The notes: generated by a model not told the origin, from the letters alone. Shown: positions 1 to 11,893, counted from the first letter of the stretch. The stretch: 64,000 bases of DNA from Anthoceros angustus (GCA_010909165.1 MU008151.1:992001-1056000), one strand, 5' to 3'. Made by a program: numbers and translations.

Positions 1-3000
1 GTTTTCCTCTCAATCTGGTACCTATTCCATGTTCCACATTCCCTTATCCCAGATATTATTCCCACCATAAGCTGACTAGCTAATTCTTTACTACCAAGCT
101 AATGGCTGTCTCCATGAAACGTGGCCCCTTGGACACGCATATTTTCAAATACAACCATCGTCCCATTGTTCGAAATCATAGATTGTGCTATGAGCGGGAG
201 CAAAACGAGCCAATAGGATGATCTCTCACCTAAATTCAAACATATGCCGATTATAGCCAAGGTCTGTGGGAATAGGAGATGATAGATGCGATTGGGAATT
301 GTGTGGAGGATCTTGCCCTTATCAACTGTAGTGGATGACCTTGAGGGGCACAGCAAATGTATAAATCATTCAGGTTGTTAAGTTAAAGCTATGCAGAAGG
401 TTGTTCAGTGGTCCATCTCTACTAGCATCTCTTATGTGTTGAGGCTAGCCCTTCAAAGTCTCGTGCTACTCATCACTTTGTATGTGTATCAGTTAGGAAA
501 GTCTTGATTTCCAATTTGCTTGTGCAAGCCATTGTGCACATTGAGTTGTCCCGTGTACGCGTCAAGATTCAAGTCAAGCGTCGATGGTGTCTTTCCTTGT
601 CCTACACAACAACATTGTAGACAACAGCGGCAACATTGTGCACCATCTGTATGCCGATATGAGTGCAGGTGTAGAAGGTACAACAACATATCTGAGGAAG
701 AGCGTGGCCTAACCCTTGGATTATATTGTGGTTCAAACTTCGTGTATTTTAGATCATAATTCCTCATTCCTCTAACCTTCCTGTTTTATTTTCATATCAT
801 ACTATCGTACTAGATGTAGCGAGACGTAGCTTAACGAGTTAATGTTTTTCAAGCAAACCATTATAAACAAATAAATTTATTTTTACTTTATTTTTTGAAT
901 TAATATATTATAGTTAGGTATCATTTGTTAATGTAGACATGCCTAGTTGCGTACACATAGGGTTTGGCCTATTATTTAAGTATGTAGGTTTTTGTACACA
1001 AATTTCATATTTTCTAAGTTCTGTAATAACAAGATTGTGTTTACAACCAATGTGGAATTTATATCTATAGAAATGTTGAAGATGTTGAATCTACCAAAAA
1101 TTAAAGTCCTAAAGTTTAACTACAAACTCATTCAAAGTTTCAAAGTCTCGTGATCATCATTCATCTTTGATCGCGTTTAATTAATTAATTAATTTTTTAA
1201 TACATCCATGCCCATGCACAAGAATAGCTACCTATATAGCAAAGTTGTTCCATGAAATGAAGTTCCTCATACTAGTAACCTATGATATTTGATTGAGTTA
1301 CGTAATCCTTTTCAATCTATTTATAAAGTTTTGATGTATTTAGAGCCCTTTACAAACAACTAAAATGCACATAAGCTTTAAAGGCGTTTTTTAGATTTAA
1401 AATCTGTTGCGGGAAGAGACCTAGACTCTAGGCTTGAGTTGAGCTGCCCCGAGTCTACCATTACAACAAGTGAGGTGGCCTTCGCTTCCTACACTCCTGG
1501 CATCCCAAACGCGGTTTGGCAGCTGTGTTAGGAGACTCGGCTCGCATCGTCGCGATCGGATCGAAGGAGTCGGGGAAGGGCTGGCCAAGGTTGGGGAAGG
1601 CAAGGCAAGGTAGCAGGGACGGGTGCGAGGCGGGCTGTCAGGGCTTCGCAGGTTGCTGCTTTCAGCAGCAGCGGGGGGGCTGAATGGAAAGCCTGGCCCT
1701 CGGTTGTGGTGGTGGGAGGCCAGGTCAGTGGAGTGACTCCCTCATTGGGGCAGCTTGACCTCACGTGATGCCTCTTTGTTTGCTGGTTTCCAGCTTGGTG
1801 CGCGTCTAGAATTCTGGTTCCTCTGACTCTGACTTTTTAACCTCGCAACAGAGTTCTGGAAAGTCGTCTGTGCTGGAGAGCATCGTGGGAAGGGACTTCT
1901 CCCCTCGAGGCTCAGGTGTGCATCTTCTCTTACACTGGATCACGGACGTGGACAGATCGAATTAGATGCAGGTTGGATCTAAAATGCATCTTTTCATGCT
2001 GTCGTTTTCTCGAAGCCCCGGCTGGATTCAGCATTAGGATGGTGATAGATCTTCAATTCACCTCGGTTTAGGATCGCGGCAAGAAGTGGGCCGGGTAAAG
2101 CAGATGTATTGCAAATGGCTTCCAACATGATCAGTGCGACGGTGATTTGTAGGGATTGTAACGAGGCGTCCCTAGTTTTACAGCTGCACAAGATGGACGA
2201 TGGTTCCGAATATGGCGAATTTGTCCATGGCGCCGAAGAGAAGGTTTACGGATTATGGTAATGTTGTGTACTTGCTTTTGATGTGGAGGTCTTCAGGATC
2301 TTGCTTGTTGTGCTTTGTGAGGGGACGCATGTTTCACTCTTTCTTCTTAGGTTTAGGGTTCTTTCACTCTTTTTGCAAGTGTGGACGGTGAATATCGAGA
2401 AACTTGCATATTCTGTTTAGGTCTTTCCATGATTATAGACGACTTTTGCAAGTTTCGACCTGACGAGTGAGTATGTGGTTGCAGCTGCTTTTAGGAAAGA
2501 GATATCTGATGAGACCGACAGAGTCACTGGGCGCAGCAAGCAGATCTCTCCGTTCCGTGTCAACTGAGCATATATTCTCCTCATGGTATGTCTACCCAGA
2601 AGATTTACATCTCAAATTTGAAGGATTTACTTGTGGCCCTACGGTCAAATGAACGATGAAATCAAATTGTGAAACAAGTCGACAGTATCTTTCACCCTTG
2701 TGATCATATGCACGCGCTAGTAGTGAAGACGATCTCTATGCAAGGTTTGAAGTTTGTCAGGATGAGGCATAACAGGTTGCTACTCTATGATGTGATGCAG
2801 TGCTGAACTTGACTCTCATTGATCTTCAAAAGTTGTTGTTGGTAAGTGCTCCTTATGCCTATGACCATGCCTGTAGAGGCTAATTTCGGATGAGCCAGGG
2901 CTAAATTGGAGCTAATTACTTTTCTGTGTCACCTGCAGAGGGACAGCCTGACAGCAATATGGTTCGGTCATACGTGGAGAAGGTACCTTCCCGATCCTTG

Positions 3001-3044
3001 ATGCCTTAATGCGATCATGGCTTCGTGTGGGTTCTCTTGCTCAC

Positions 3045-3300
3045 CGGACAGAGCAGAGCCGCGGACTCGCCTTCCTGCACCACGAAGAACTGGTTGCCGT
3101 AGCGGGATTGCAGCTCGATGAAGAACTGGCGAGGCAGCAGGGAGTTCACAGCAGGTCCCACGTTGAAGTTGAGGATGTGCGGCGACGTCAGGTCCTGGAT
3201 CACCACGATGGTGCGCTCGTCTGGACTCCACAGGCTCCGCAGCGCCTGCCCCGATGTGGCCGGGGTAGGCTCGGTTGTCGTCACCACCCGCTGCGCTGCT
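3045..3300 (-). pseudogene. Isolated exon of a TPM-domain (TLP18.3/Psb32-family) thylakoid lumenal protein
   Basis: Translation QRVVTTTEPTPATSGQALRSLWSPDERTIVVIQDLTSPHILNFNVGPAVNSLLPRQFFIELQSRYGNQFFVVQEGESAALL. From memory (not searched) this matches the thylakoid lumenal 15.0 kDa protein 2 / cyanobacterial TPM pattern (TPG.A.K.FW..D..TIV..D...NILNFNVG...LPR.F..ELQ.RYGN.F...GE). It ends at a minus-strand GTGAG donor (3044-3040). No other exons were seen. Confidence 0.7.
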
Positions 3301-3399
3301 CCAGCTGCTTGCAGGCAGTCTGTTAAATAATACCCTGCGAGCATCGTCCAGGCTGTCACACTTCCGACACATGGCCACCAGACATGAGCCAATAAATAA

Positions 3400-4237
3400 T
3401 CATCTTCATTCTCGGGTCCATTGATGGCAAGGACGACGTATGCCCTCTCCAGAGGGCATCCAACAAGAACAACTATCCTTATGCCCATTGGAAATTCACC
3501 GATATCTGAATCATTGAAAGCAAGAACGTCCATATGCCCGCCCTTCCCAGATGACGTCCATACCCAACAGTATCAACATTATATATGCCCACTGGAAATC
3601 TACTGGAAAGGATCCTTCAAACATGAGAGAAAACAGTACTCAGACCCTGCTATTCACTTGTGGAGAAACACCATGGGTTATATCCGCAATATCATTGCAC
3701 TTGGAACCCTTCCCCATACGCTGACTTTGGTGACCGTGTTGTTCCCTTTCACAGGCTGCCAGACCCTGATGAGCTTAGAGTCATGAAAGATCTGATCATG
3801 TTATCGAAAATTACAAGTAAAGGGTTTCTAGGGTGGATCCAGTTTCCGTGGACACCCAACCCAGCCCATCATTCGTCACAGGGACCGTGCACGGAAAAAA
3901 CTCATCTTCATTCTCGGGTCCATTGATGGCAAGGACGCCCGTATCCCCTCTGCAGAGGACCCAACCCAGCCCATCATTCATCACAGGGACCGTGCACGGG
4001 AGCCGTTCCCCGTTCCGTTCCGGTGTCCCGATGTCGACTGACCCGGACAAATTCCCATTCCCATTTACTTATTTTAGCATGTGTAAGTTTGGGCTGTTTC
4101 GCCGTTCATGTGGGAAGTTTCGCTGCGTGGGGCCTGGCTGCCAGGGCTGAAGGCCGCGGGATGTGGTGTGGCCTGGAGGAGCTCAGCACCTGCCTGGTCC
4201 TCATTCCATTCTAGCACTTCGCATAGCAGAGCAGAGC
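3400..4237 (+). promoter_or_regulatory. Upstream cassette shared by all three Roco copies (also ~6930-7610 and ~22420-23123)
   Basis: Near-identical ~700-800 bp precedes each ATG. It contains ~35-bp repeats (ATTGATGGCAAGGACGTCCATATGCCCTCT..AGAGG), CCCAA/CCCAG and TTCCG microsatellites, and GCAGAGC directly before the ATG. The promoter role is inferred from position only. Confidence 0.55.
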
Positions 4238-6480
4238 ATGGCGGAAGAGCATGAGGCGGAGGATTGGCGCGCGCTGCCGGTTAAGCTGCAGCAGCTGCTG
4301 AAAGATCTGGGCCGGAATGCCGTGTCCCAACTACCCTTCCAGCTGCATATTGAAGAAGAGGATGGCGGCTACTTCAGTGGGCGAATCTCTAGGAAAATCC
4401 GTGGTGATGAGGGAAGGCACTGGCGAGTGCGCAAGCGGGTGTTGACAGCCATTTCCAACTGCCGCAGTCTCGAGCACATAACCATTTGGGGCTGGTGGGA
4501 CATCGGCTTGGATCGGGAGGATGAAGTGTCGGTTCTGTTGGGGGGCCTGGCGTCCAACCCTTGCCTGCACCTACTGGATCTGTGTGGCTGTGAAGGTTTT
4601 GGAAGGCAGGCGGCTTGCGAGGCTCTGGGCCAGCTTGTTGCATCCAGTCGCAGCTTACGAAGGCTTTCAGCACCGTTTGTTGGGCTTGATGCCGCCGGAC
4701 TGGGTGCCCTGGCCAAAGGCTTCAACAAGGATTCTGTCCTGGAGGAGTTGATCTTACAAGGGAACGAGGTGGGAGGTGCTGAAGGGGCACAGCACCTGGC
4801 CCGCATTCTGGCCACGGCTCCCCGTCTCAAGGATCTGTCACTGGAAGGCATCGGCATGGATGTGGCGGGAGCCCAGTGTATTGCAAATGCTCTTCCGCTC
4901 TGTGCCACGCTCCGGTTTCTGACGTTGGAAGATGGCGAGGCATTGCGGGGTCCCATTCCCGGCGGCCTCGGGCCCATGGGCACTGTGCTCAAACTTGCTT
5001 TCACCCGCGCGGATGAGGATGAGAATGCCTCCATCTCTGGCGTCACAGACCTTACATTGCTTATCTCGAAGGATGGGGAGGCAGGCCTGGCAGACGCCCT
5101 GGCCGGAATGCTGCGCACCAACGATCGTATCGAGAAGCTTGACACCACTCCATATGCTCTCATCCACGGCCTGGACGGGTTACGCTACAACTCCTCCATA
5201 TCTGAACTTCGTCTCTTGGGCTCCGGGACGCCGACGGATGTGTGGATGCGCCTTGTCCACTTGCTCCCGGAATGCAAAGCACTGCGTGGCCTGGCATTGA
5301 TGTTTCTCCAGGGCCACGCCTCGTTCAAGAAAGAGTTGCTGAGATCCTTGGAGGGCAACGCATCTCTGAAAAAGCTCGACATTTCTATCTGGGACGACCT
5401 GGATGATGACATGTTTAGGGACTTGATGAACTGTATTCAAGTCAACAAGACGTTACGGGAGATCAACATCAGGACAACATGGGAAGCGGAAGGAAAGGAC
5501 GCAATCATCAATGCAGCCTTGGCACGCAATGCCACTCAAGAGGCTTACTGGCCTTTGCTCGTGGGCAGGCAAGGGCCTGTGATGCCCAAGGCTGGGCGCC
5601 TCTTCCTGTGCGGTGCCCCTTTGGCAGGGAAGACCACTCTCCGCACGACCTTGATTCGCGCATGGAGACGATACACAGCCGCATCACTCAAGTCCTGGCT
5701 CCGCCAAGTTCCAGCTCGACTGAAGGGAAAAATATTTCGGCTTGGCGACGGATGGCTTCCGTCACCGGTGCCAGAACGGAAGGCATAGAAATCGAGGTGT
5801 TGCGCAACGACCGTAATATGCAAGTTACCATGTGGGATCTGGCTGGACAAGCTCACTACCGAGCTCTGCAAGACTACCTTTTTCCAACCTTCAACCAAGC
5901 ATGTGTCTTCCTGTTTGCGTTCAGCCCATTTGATGATGGGAAACCTCCCCAACTGGATCGGAAACCTCCCCAAGTGCATCCGTGTAATGTCCTGCAGGAC
6001 AGGTTCAGAAGGAGCTTGGCGTACTGGCTTAGGTTCATCAACTCCAATTGTCGCAACGTGGGCTCTACTTTGCCTCAAATATTTGTGGTGGCAACTCATG
6101 TGGATCAGCTGGAGGCTTCTGATGCTCTAGCATTACCGGATCTCCTTCAACCCGTTCTGACAGAGTTGGCCACCGAGTTTGAACAGGTTGTTCACGTGGA
6201 AACAAAAACACTCTTCTCCATGGACGCTCGATCTGCCAAGAGTGTGAAGCCCTTGCTGGACGCACTCATGGAATCGTTTCGAGCTCTATTTGCAATCAAA
6301 CTGTTTCGGGTACCGAGGTATGCAACCGATTGAGTGCTGATTTGACTGCCTGGGTATCCCAACATCCAGCTCAACCAATGGTGAGGAAACAGCAACTTCA
6401 AACTTTGTTCCAAAACGAGCTGAAGAGACTCCACGAAGGTGGGGTTCAAGATGAGGGGGAACGATTGGGAGCCATTCTTG
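4238..6480 (+). pseudogene. TRN1-like: TORNADO1-like Roco gene, copy 1 (LRR-ROC plus start of COR; truncated by rearrangement)
   Basis: ORF 4163-5788 from MAEEHEAEDW (ATG 4238) has RNI-like LRRs (LEELILQGNEVG, LKDLSLEGIG) and P-loop CGAPLAGKTT (~5609-5640). Next frame: RTEGIEI, WDLAGQ (5833-5850), VVATHVD. Homology to copies 2 and 3 stops at GCCATTCTTG (6480). Confidence 0.88.
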
Positions 6481-6930
6481 CTGGGAAAGGATGTCGTCAC
6501 TGGAATGGCGTCTGAGGCCCCTTGCCCCTCTATGACACTAGACAACGCGGAAAATCGCTCACGGCCATCTCCGATGTCCAACTAACTGGAGATATTGCTT
6601 CACCTTCTTCGAAGGTGAGGAAGGAAGGTGTGTTTCCATCCTTCCTATCCAGGGTGATTTGGTTGTGGAGAGCGTCAGCGGAAAGCGTGGCTTTGCAAAA
6701 AAAACCGTGTGAGCAACAGCAGCACCAACTTGCTCAATAGATTGCCGAACCCCACTGTGTAGAAACCATTAACCTGGTCGACACCACTGTCCCTTGACAC
6801 TTCAGCCACGTGTGCCATTGTGCAGCTGAAGGATTTTCTCACCTGGTCGACACATCCATGGCCTTCTGGAAAGGTGCAGGATTACCCTGATTCTGGTTGC
6901 AACATTTGCAGCCTATAATATAAACTCATC
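6481..6930. repeat. Multi-copy spacer module (copies or parts at ~16040-16400, 20686-21400, 21894-22440)
   Basis: AGAGCGTCAGCGGAAAGCGTGGCTTTTGC-A(n)-CCG..AGCAACAGCAGCACCAACTTGCTCAA is seen at ~6670, 16090, 20877 and 21895, and partially at 21295, with shared flanks. Confidence 0.85.
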
Positions 6931-7610
6931 ACCATTCTCGGTACAGTCATGAACCATTGATGCCAAGGACGTCCATATGCCCTCTTCAGAGGATTGATGG
7001 CAAGGACGTCCATATGCCCTCCAGAGAATGTTCATATGCAACAACAATAACAACAACTTTATGTATGTCCACTGGAAATCTATTGGAAAGAGAAAACAAT
7101 ACTGATACCCTGCTATTCACTTGTGGAGAAACACCATGGGTTATATCCGCAATATCATTGCACTTGGAACCCTTCCCCATACGCTGACTTTGGTGCGCGT
7201 GTTGTTCCCTTTCACAGGCTGCCAGACCCTGATGAGCTTAGATTCATGAAAGATCATGTTATCGAAAATTAAGTAAAAGGGTTTCTAGGCTGGATTCAGT
7301 TTCCATGGACACCAACCCAACCCAACCCAGCCCATCATTCATCACAGGGACCGTGCACGGGAGCCGTTTCCCGTTCCGTTCCGGTGTCCTGATCTCGACT
7401 GACCCGGACAAATTCCATTCCCATTTACTTATTTTAGCATGTTTAAGTTTGGGCTGTTTCGCCGTTCATGTGGGAAGTTTCGCTGCGTGGGGCCTGCCTG
7501 CCAGGGCTGAAGGCCGCGGGATGTGGTGTGGCCTGGAGGAGCACAGCACCTCTGGCCCTCATTCCATTCTAGCAGTCCGGGAAGCATAGCACAGCATAGC
7601 AGAGCAGAGC

Positions 7611-10600
7611 ATGGCGGAAGAGCATGAGGCGGAGGATTGGCGCGCGCTGCCGGGTAAGCTGCAGCAGCTGCTGCTAGATCTGGGCCGGAATGCCGTGCGC
7701 GTACTACCCGATCTGGATAATGATGAAGAGTATGGCGGCTACTTCACTGATCGAATCCGTGGTGATGAGGGAAGGCACTGGCGAGTGCGCAAGCGGGTGT
7801 TCACAGCCATTGCCCACTGCAGCAGTCTCGACATCATAACCATTAACCCCAGGTGGGCCATCGGCTTGGATCGGGAGGATGAAGTGTCGGTTCTGTTGGG
7901 GGGCCTGGCGTCCAACCCTTCCCTGGAAGTACTGCTTCTGATCGGCTGTAAAGGTTTTGGAAGGCAGGCGGCTTGCGAGGCTCTGGGCCAGCTTGTCGCA
8001 TCCAGTCGCAGCTTACTAGAACTTTCAGCATGGACTATTGGGCTTGATGCCGCGGGACTGGGTGCCCTGGCCAAAGGCTTCAACAAGGATTCTGTCCTGG
8101 AGTACCTGCACTTAGACGGGAACGAGGTGGGAGGTGCTGAAGGGCACAGCACCTGGCCCGCATTCTGGCCACGGCTCCCGTCTGAAGAACTGTCACTGAG
8201 GACATCGGCATGGATGTGGCGGGAGCCCAGTGTATTGCAAATGCTCTTCCGCTCTGTGCCACGCTCCGGTATCTGGCGTTGGGTGATGGCGTTGCATTGC
8301 GGGGTCCCATTCCCGGCGGCCTCGGGCCCATGGGCACTGTGCTCAAACTTGCTTTCACCCGCGCGGATGAGGATGAGAATGCCTCCATCTCTGGCGTCAC
8401 ATTCCTTTCTTTGCGCATCTCGAAGGATGGGGAGGCAGGCCTGGCAGACGCCCTGGCCGGAATGCTGCGCACCAACGATCGTATCGAGAGCTTCACCACT
8501 CCATATGCTCTCATCCACGGCCTGGACGGGTTACGCCGCAACTCCACCATATCTCATCTTCATTTCTTTAATTTTCCATTCGAACGGCGATCAGATGCGC
8601 CAGATGCGACGGCTGTGTGGATGCGCCTTGTCCAGTTGCTCCCGGACTGCAAAGCACTGCGTGTCCTGGACTTGGCATTGCTCCAGGGCCACGCCTCGTT
8701 CAAGAAAGAGTTGCTGAGATCCTTGGAGGGCACATCTCTGAAAGAGCTCAACATTTCTGGCTGGGACGCCCTGGATCATGACATGTTTAGAGACTTGATG
8801 AACTGTATTCAAGTCAACAAGACGTTACGGAAGATCAACATCGGGGGGACAACATGGGAAGCGGAAGGAAAGGACGCAATCATCAATGCAGCCTTGGCAG
8901 GCAATGCCACTCAAGAGGCTTACTGGCCTTTGCTCGTGGGCAAGCAAGGGCCTGTGAGGCCCAAGGCTGGGCGCCTCTTCCTGTGCGGTGCCCTTTGGCA
9001 GGGAAGACCACTCTCCGCACCACCATGATTCGCGCATGGAGACGACACAGCCGCATCACCGAGTTCCAGCTCAGCCAAGTTCTAGCTCGACTGAAGGGAA
9101 AAATATTTCGTGCTTGGCGACGGATGGCTTCCGTCACCGGTACCAGAACGGAAGGCATAGAAATCGAGGTGTTGCGCAACGACCATGATATGCAAGTTAC
9201 CATGTGGGATCTGGCTGGACAAGCTCACTACCGAGCTCTGCAAGACTACCTTTTCCGACCTTCAACCAAGCATGTATCTTCCTGTTTGCGTTCAGCCCAT
9301 TTGATGATCGGAAACCTCCCAACTGCATCCGTCTAATGTCCTGCAGGACAGGTTCAGAAGGAGCTTGGCGTACTGGCTTAGGTTCATCAACTCCAATTGT
9401 CGCAACGTGGGCTCTACTTTGCCTCAAATATTTGTGGTGGCAACTCATGTGGATAAGATGAAGCGTTCTGATGCTGAAGCATTACCCAATCTCCTTCAAC
9501 CCGTTCTGACAGAGTTGGCCACCGAGTTTGAACAGGTTGTTCACGTGGAAACAAAACACTCTTCTCCATGGACGCTCGATCTGCCAAGAGTGTGAAGCCC
9601 TTGCTGGACGCACTCATGGAATCGTTTCGAGCTCTATTTGCAACTAAACTGTTTTGGGTACCCGAGGTATGCAACCGATTGAGTGCTGATTTGACTGCCT
9701 GGGTATCCCAACATCCAGCTCAACCAATGGTGAGGAAACAGCAACTTCAAACTTTGTTCCAAAACGAGCTGAAGAGTCTCCACGAAGGTGGGGTTCAAGA
9801 TGAGGGGAACGATTGGGAGCCATTCTTGCCTATTTGCATGATGTGGGTAGTATCATCTGTTTTCAAGATACAGATGTTGTGGTGATAAATCCACACTGGA
9901 TGAGTCACAATTTTTAGGGCGACTCATTCACCTTCTAACCACAGCATGTCTCCGTCTACTAGTAGTTTGTCGTATTCCTCAGATGGGTTTGTTGCTCAAA
10001 GTCTGCTTCATTCCACCTTGGATGAGATTCTCAGAGGCACACAAGCGGAGGGGATTGAAAGTCAACATCTGGTATCATTGATGACCACTCTCAACTTATG
10101 CTATGAAGAGGATGGGACTCGACGTGTCGGATTCTTTGTTCCCTTCACCATGGCCGCCGGTAATGGTGACGCTGATCCTGGGAGACGACAGTTGAACTGG
10201 GAAACTGCTGATACAGCAAGCAATTACATCTACCTCGGAAGGAGGTTACAGTGCCTTGACAAGACGAAGACGTTTCTTGGTCCAGGCTTTTTCCTAGATT
10301 CCAAGTACGATAACTACCAACATGTCTTTGTGTCGATGGTGTGTGTCTTCAACCTGTTTACTGACATTGTGGAGGTTTGCGTATTGTAGGTCTGCCTTCG
10401 AAAGGATTTGTTCGGATTCCATGGCTTGCAACCTGAGCAGTATCGTATTGAACGCAACCTCATCAAGTTTTGGTGTGATGGTATGGATGTGTTTTGGAAA
10501 GCAGTGGGGATATCGGAGAGGACACCGGGACATCGGTGACCATATCGATATTCTGGTGAGGTCATCCAAGAGCAAAGATGAAACTATCGAGTTTCTCAAG

Positions 10601-11893
10601 GAGCATGTGATTGCAAAGTTGAAATCTTTTGTGCTTCCCTGAAGGCAGTCCGGGAGTCGAGCTTGTGGAAGGAATTATCAGGACCGAGTGTGTCGAAAAC
10701 CTCACACTCTGTATCTACCGGCATAATCAGTCAGTGCTAACGCAGGATTTGCTGAAGCGTGTTTTTCCAGACCAACATGATTGTACAGGGGAGATTTTCT
10801 CCTCGTGGGATCTGGCCGACTTCAAATGGTGGTGGCCAGAATGTCCTGAAGCCTTTTTGAGGAATGCCTTTGAGCGAGCTAAAGAGCTCTTAAGTGCTGG
10901 TGAACTCTTGGATGTCTTGCAAAGGCGACGAACAGGTCTCCGTCAAACCATATCCAACATAGATGCAGCTGTAGAGGAAGTCCTGCCTACAGAGAAAGGG
11001 GTGCTCGCACAACAAGACGCACCAGTTCAAACGTCTCGGTCTGCCAGCGTCCGACGTGCTAAATCCCTCCTGGAACAACTCACTCGGAGATGGGGAGCAA
11101 CTGCAAACCATCATTCAAGGGATAAGAGCTTTGGAGCACAACGTGAAAATGGTGGAGACAGAGGTGAAAGCAGTGGGAGTCAAAGTGGATAGAATTGGCG
11201 AGACTTTGCAACTTATCCAACATGAGATGAGCGCTATCAGGGCTGAGCAGGAAGCTACTCAACAATTTTGCTTTCTAAGATGGATGAGATTATGAATTTC
11301 TCTGCAAAATTAGAAAGCAGTCAGATACCCAGACGTCCCTACATCACCACTGCAGACGTGGGTGTAGTACAGAGGTTGATTGCAGGGGTGCGTGTGGGCA
11401 AAGCGGCTAAGCTGCACTTCATGTGCGAAAATATCTTTGGGAATCACATCGTGGAGGGCCAAACTGGATTCGACTTGACATTGGAGGATGCGAAGTGGAA
11501 GTGGATCAGGCCCCTAGCAATCAGAGGTATCAAGGTTTTGGTTTTCCTAGTGAAAGCTGGCCTACATGTGGCTACCGGCATTGGGAATGCGGTTCCCGAC
11601 CCTTCACCAGCTTGGATGGAGCGCTGTATCTCACTGCGGCCTCTCTGGACGCAGACCTGTCCAAGGTAGATCTCAACCTGACAGGTCCATCGGCGGACCA
11701 GGACATTTCCGTGAAGGAGGCATGGATTACCCTGAGGGATCTGGTCAAGCCGTTGGTAAAGGATCACATCGGCGAGATATTCCAACTGCATAGGTGCAAT
11801 TTCGGAAAAGGCCTGAGGAGGACGAGGAGTGGCATGGGTGTGCCCAACGTGTATGCAGAGGGAATTGACAGACGTGTTTATGAGAAACTCTGA
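7611..11893 (+). CDS. TRN1-like: TORNADO1-like Roco gene, copy 2 (LRR-ROC-COR-C-terminal; full length, read through apparent frameshifts)
   Basis: Overlapping ORFs join into: MAEEHEAEDW, ~12 LRRs, P-loop at ~8980-9010, WDLAGQ (~9205-9222), VATHVD, COR (LVSLMTTLNLCYE, YLGRRLQCLD, IDILVRS, G..GVELVEGII), a coiled-coil, and IPRRPYIT...KLHFMCE...HIVEGQTG. The last motif resembles the TORNADO1 C-terminus (from memory). Frameshifts fall mostly in homopolymers. The stop position is approximate. Confidence 0.85.

Noticed and set aside
99-767. ORFs 99-356, 489-767 and 520-759 as genes
   Set aside because: They are short, contain no recognisable motif and lack supporting structure.
2717-2725. CTAGTAGTG as the partner CACTA TIR
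   Set aside because: It lies on the wrong side of 36147, is only 9 bp, and lacks the TTTTC extension.
4331-8550. Long antisense ORFs (4369-5163, 7739-8518; also 23245-23886)
   Set aside because: These are shadows of the GC-rich Roco reading frame, with Ser/Arg/Ala-rich composition and no independent motifs.
4460-8850. Diversity-generating retroelement behind the LRR variation
   Set aside because: Changes are not adenine-specific (for example TGGGGCTGG vs AACCCCAGG), there is no invariant template repeat, and the only RT in the window is an ordinary copia RT.
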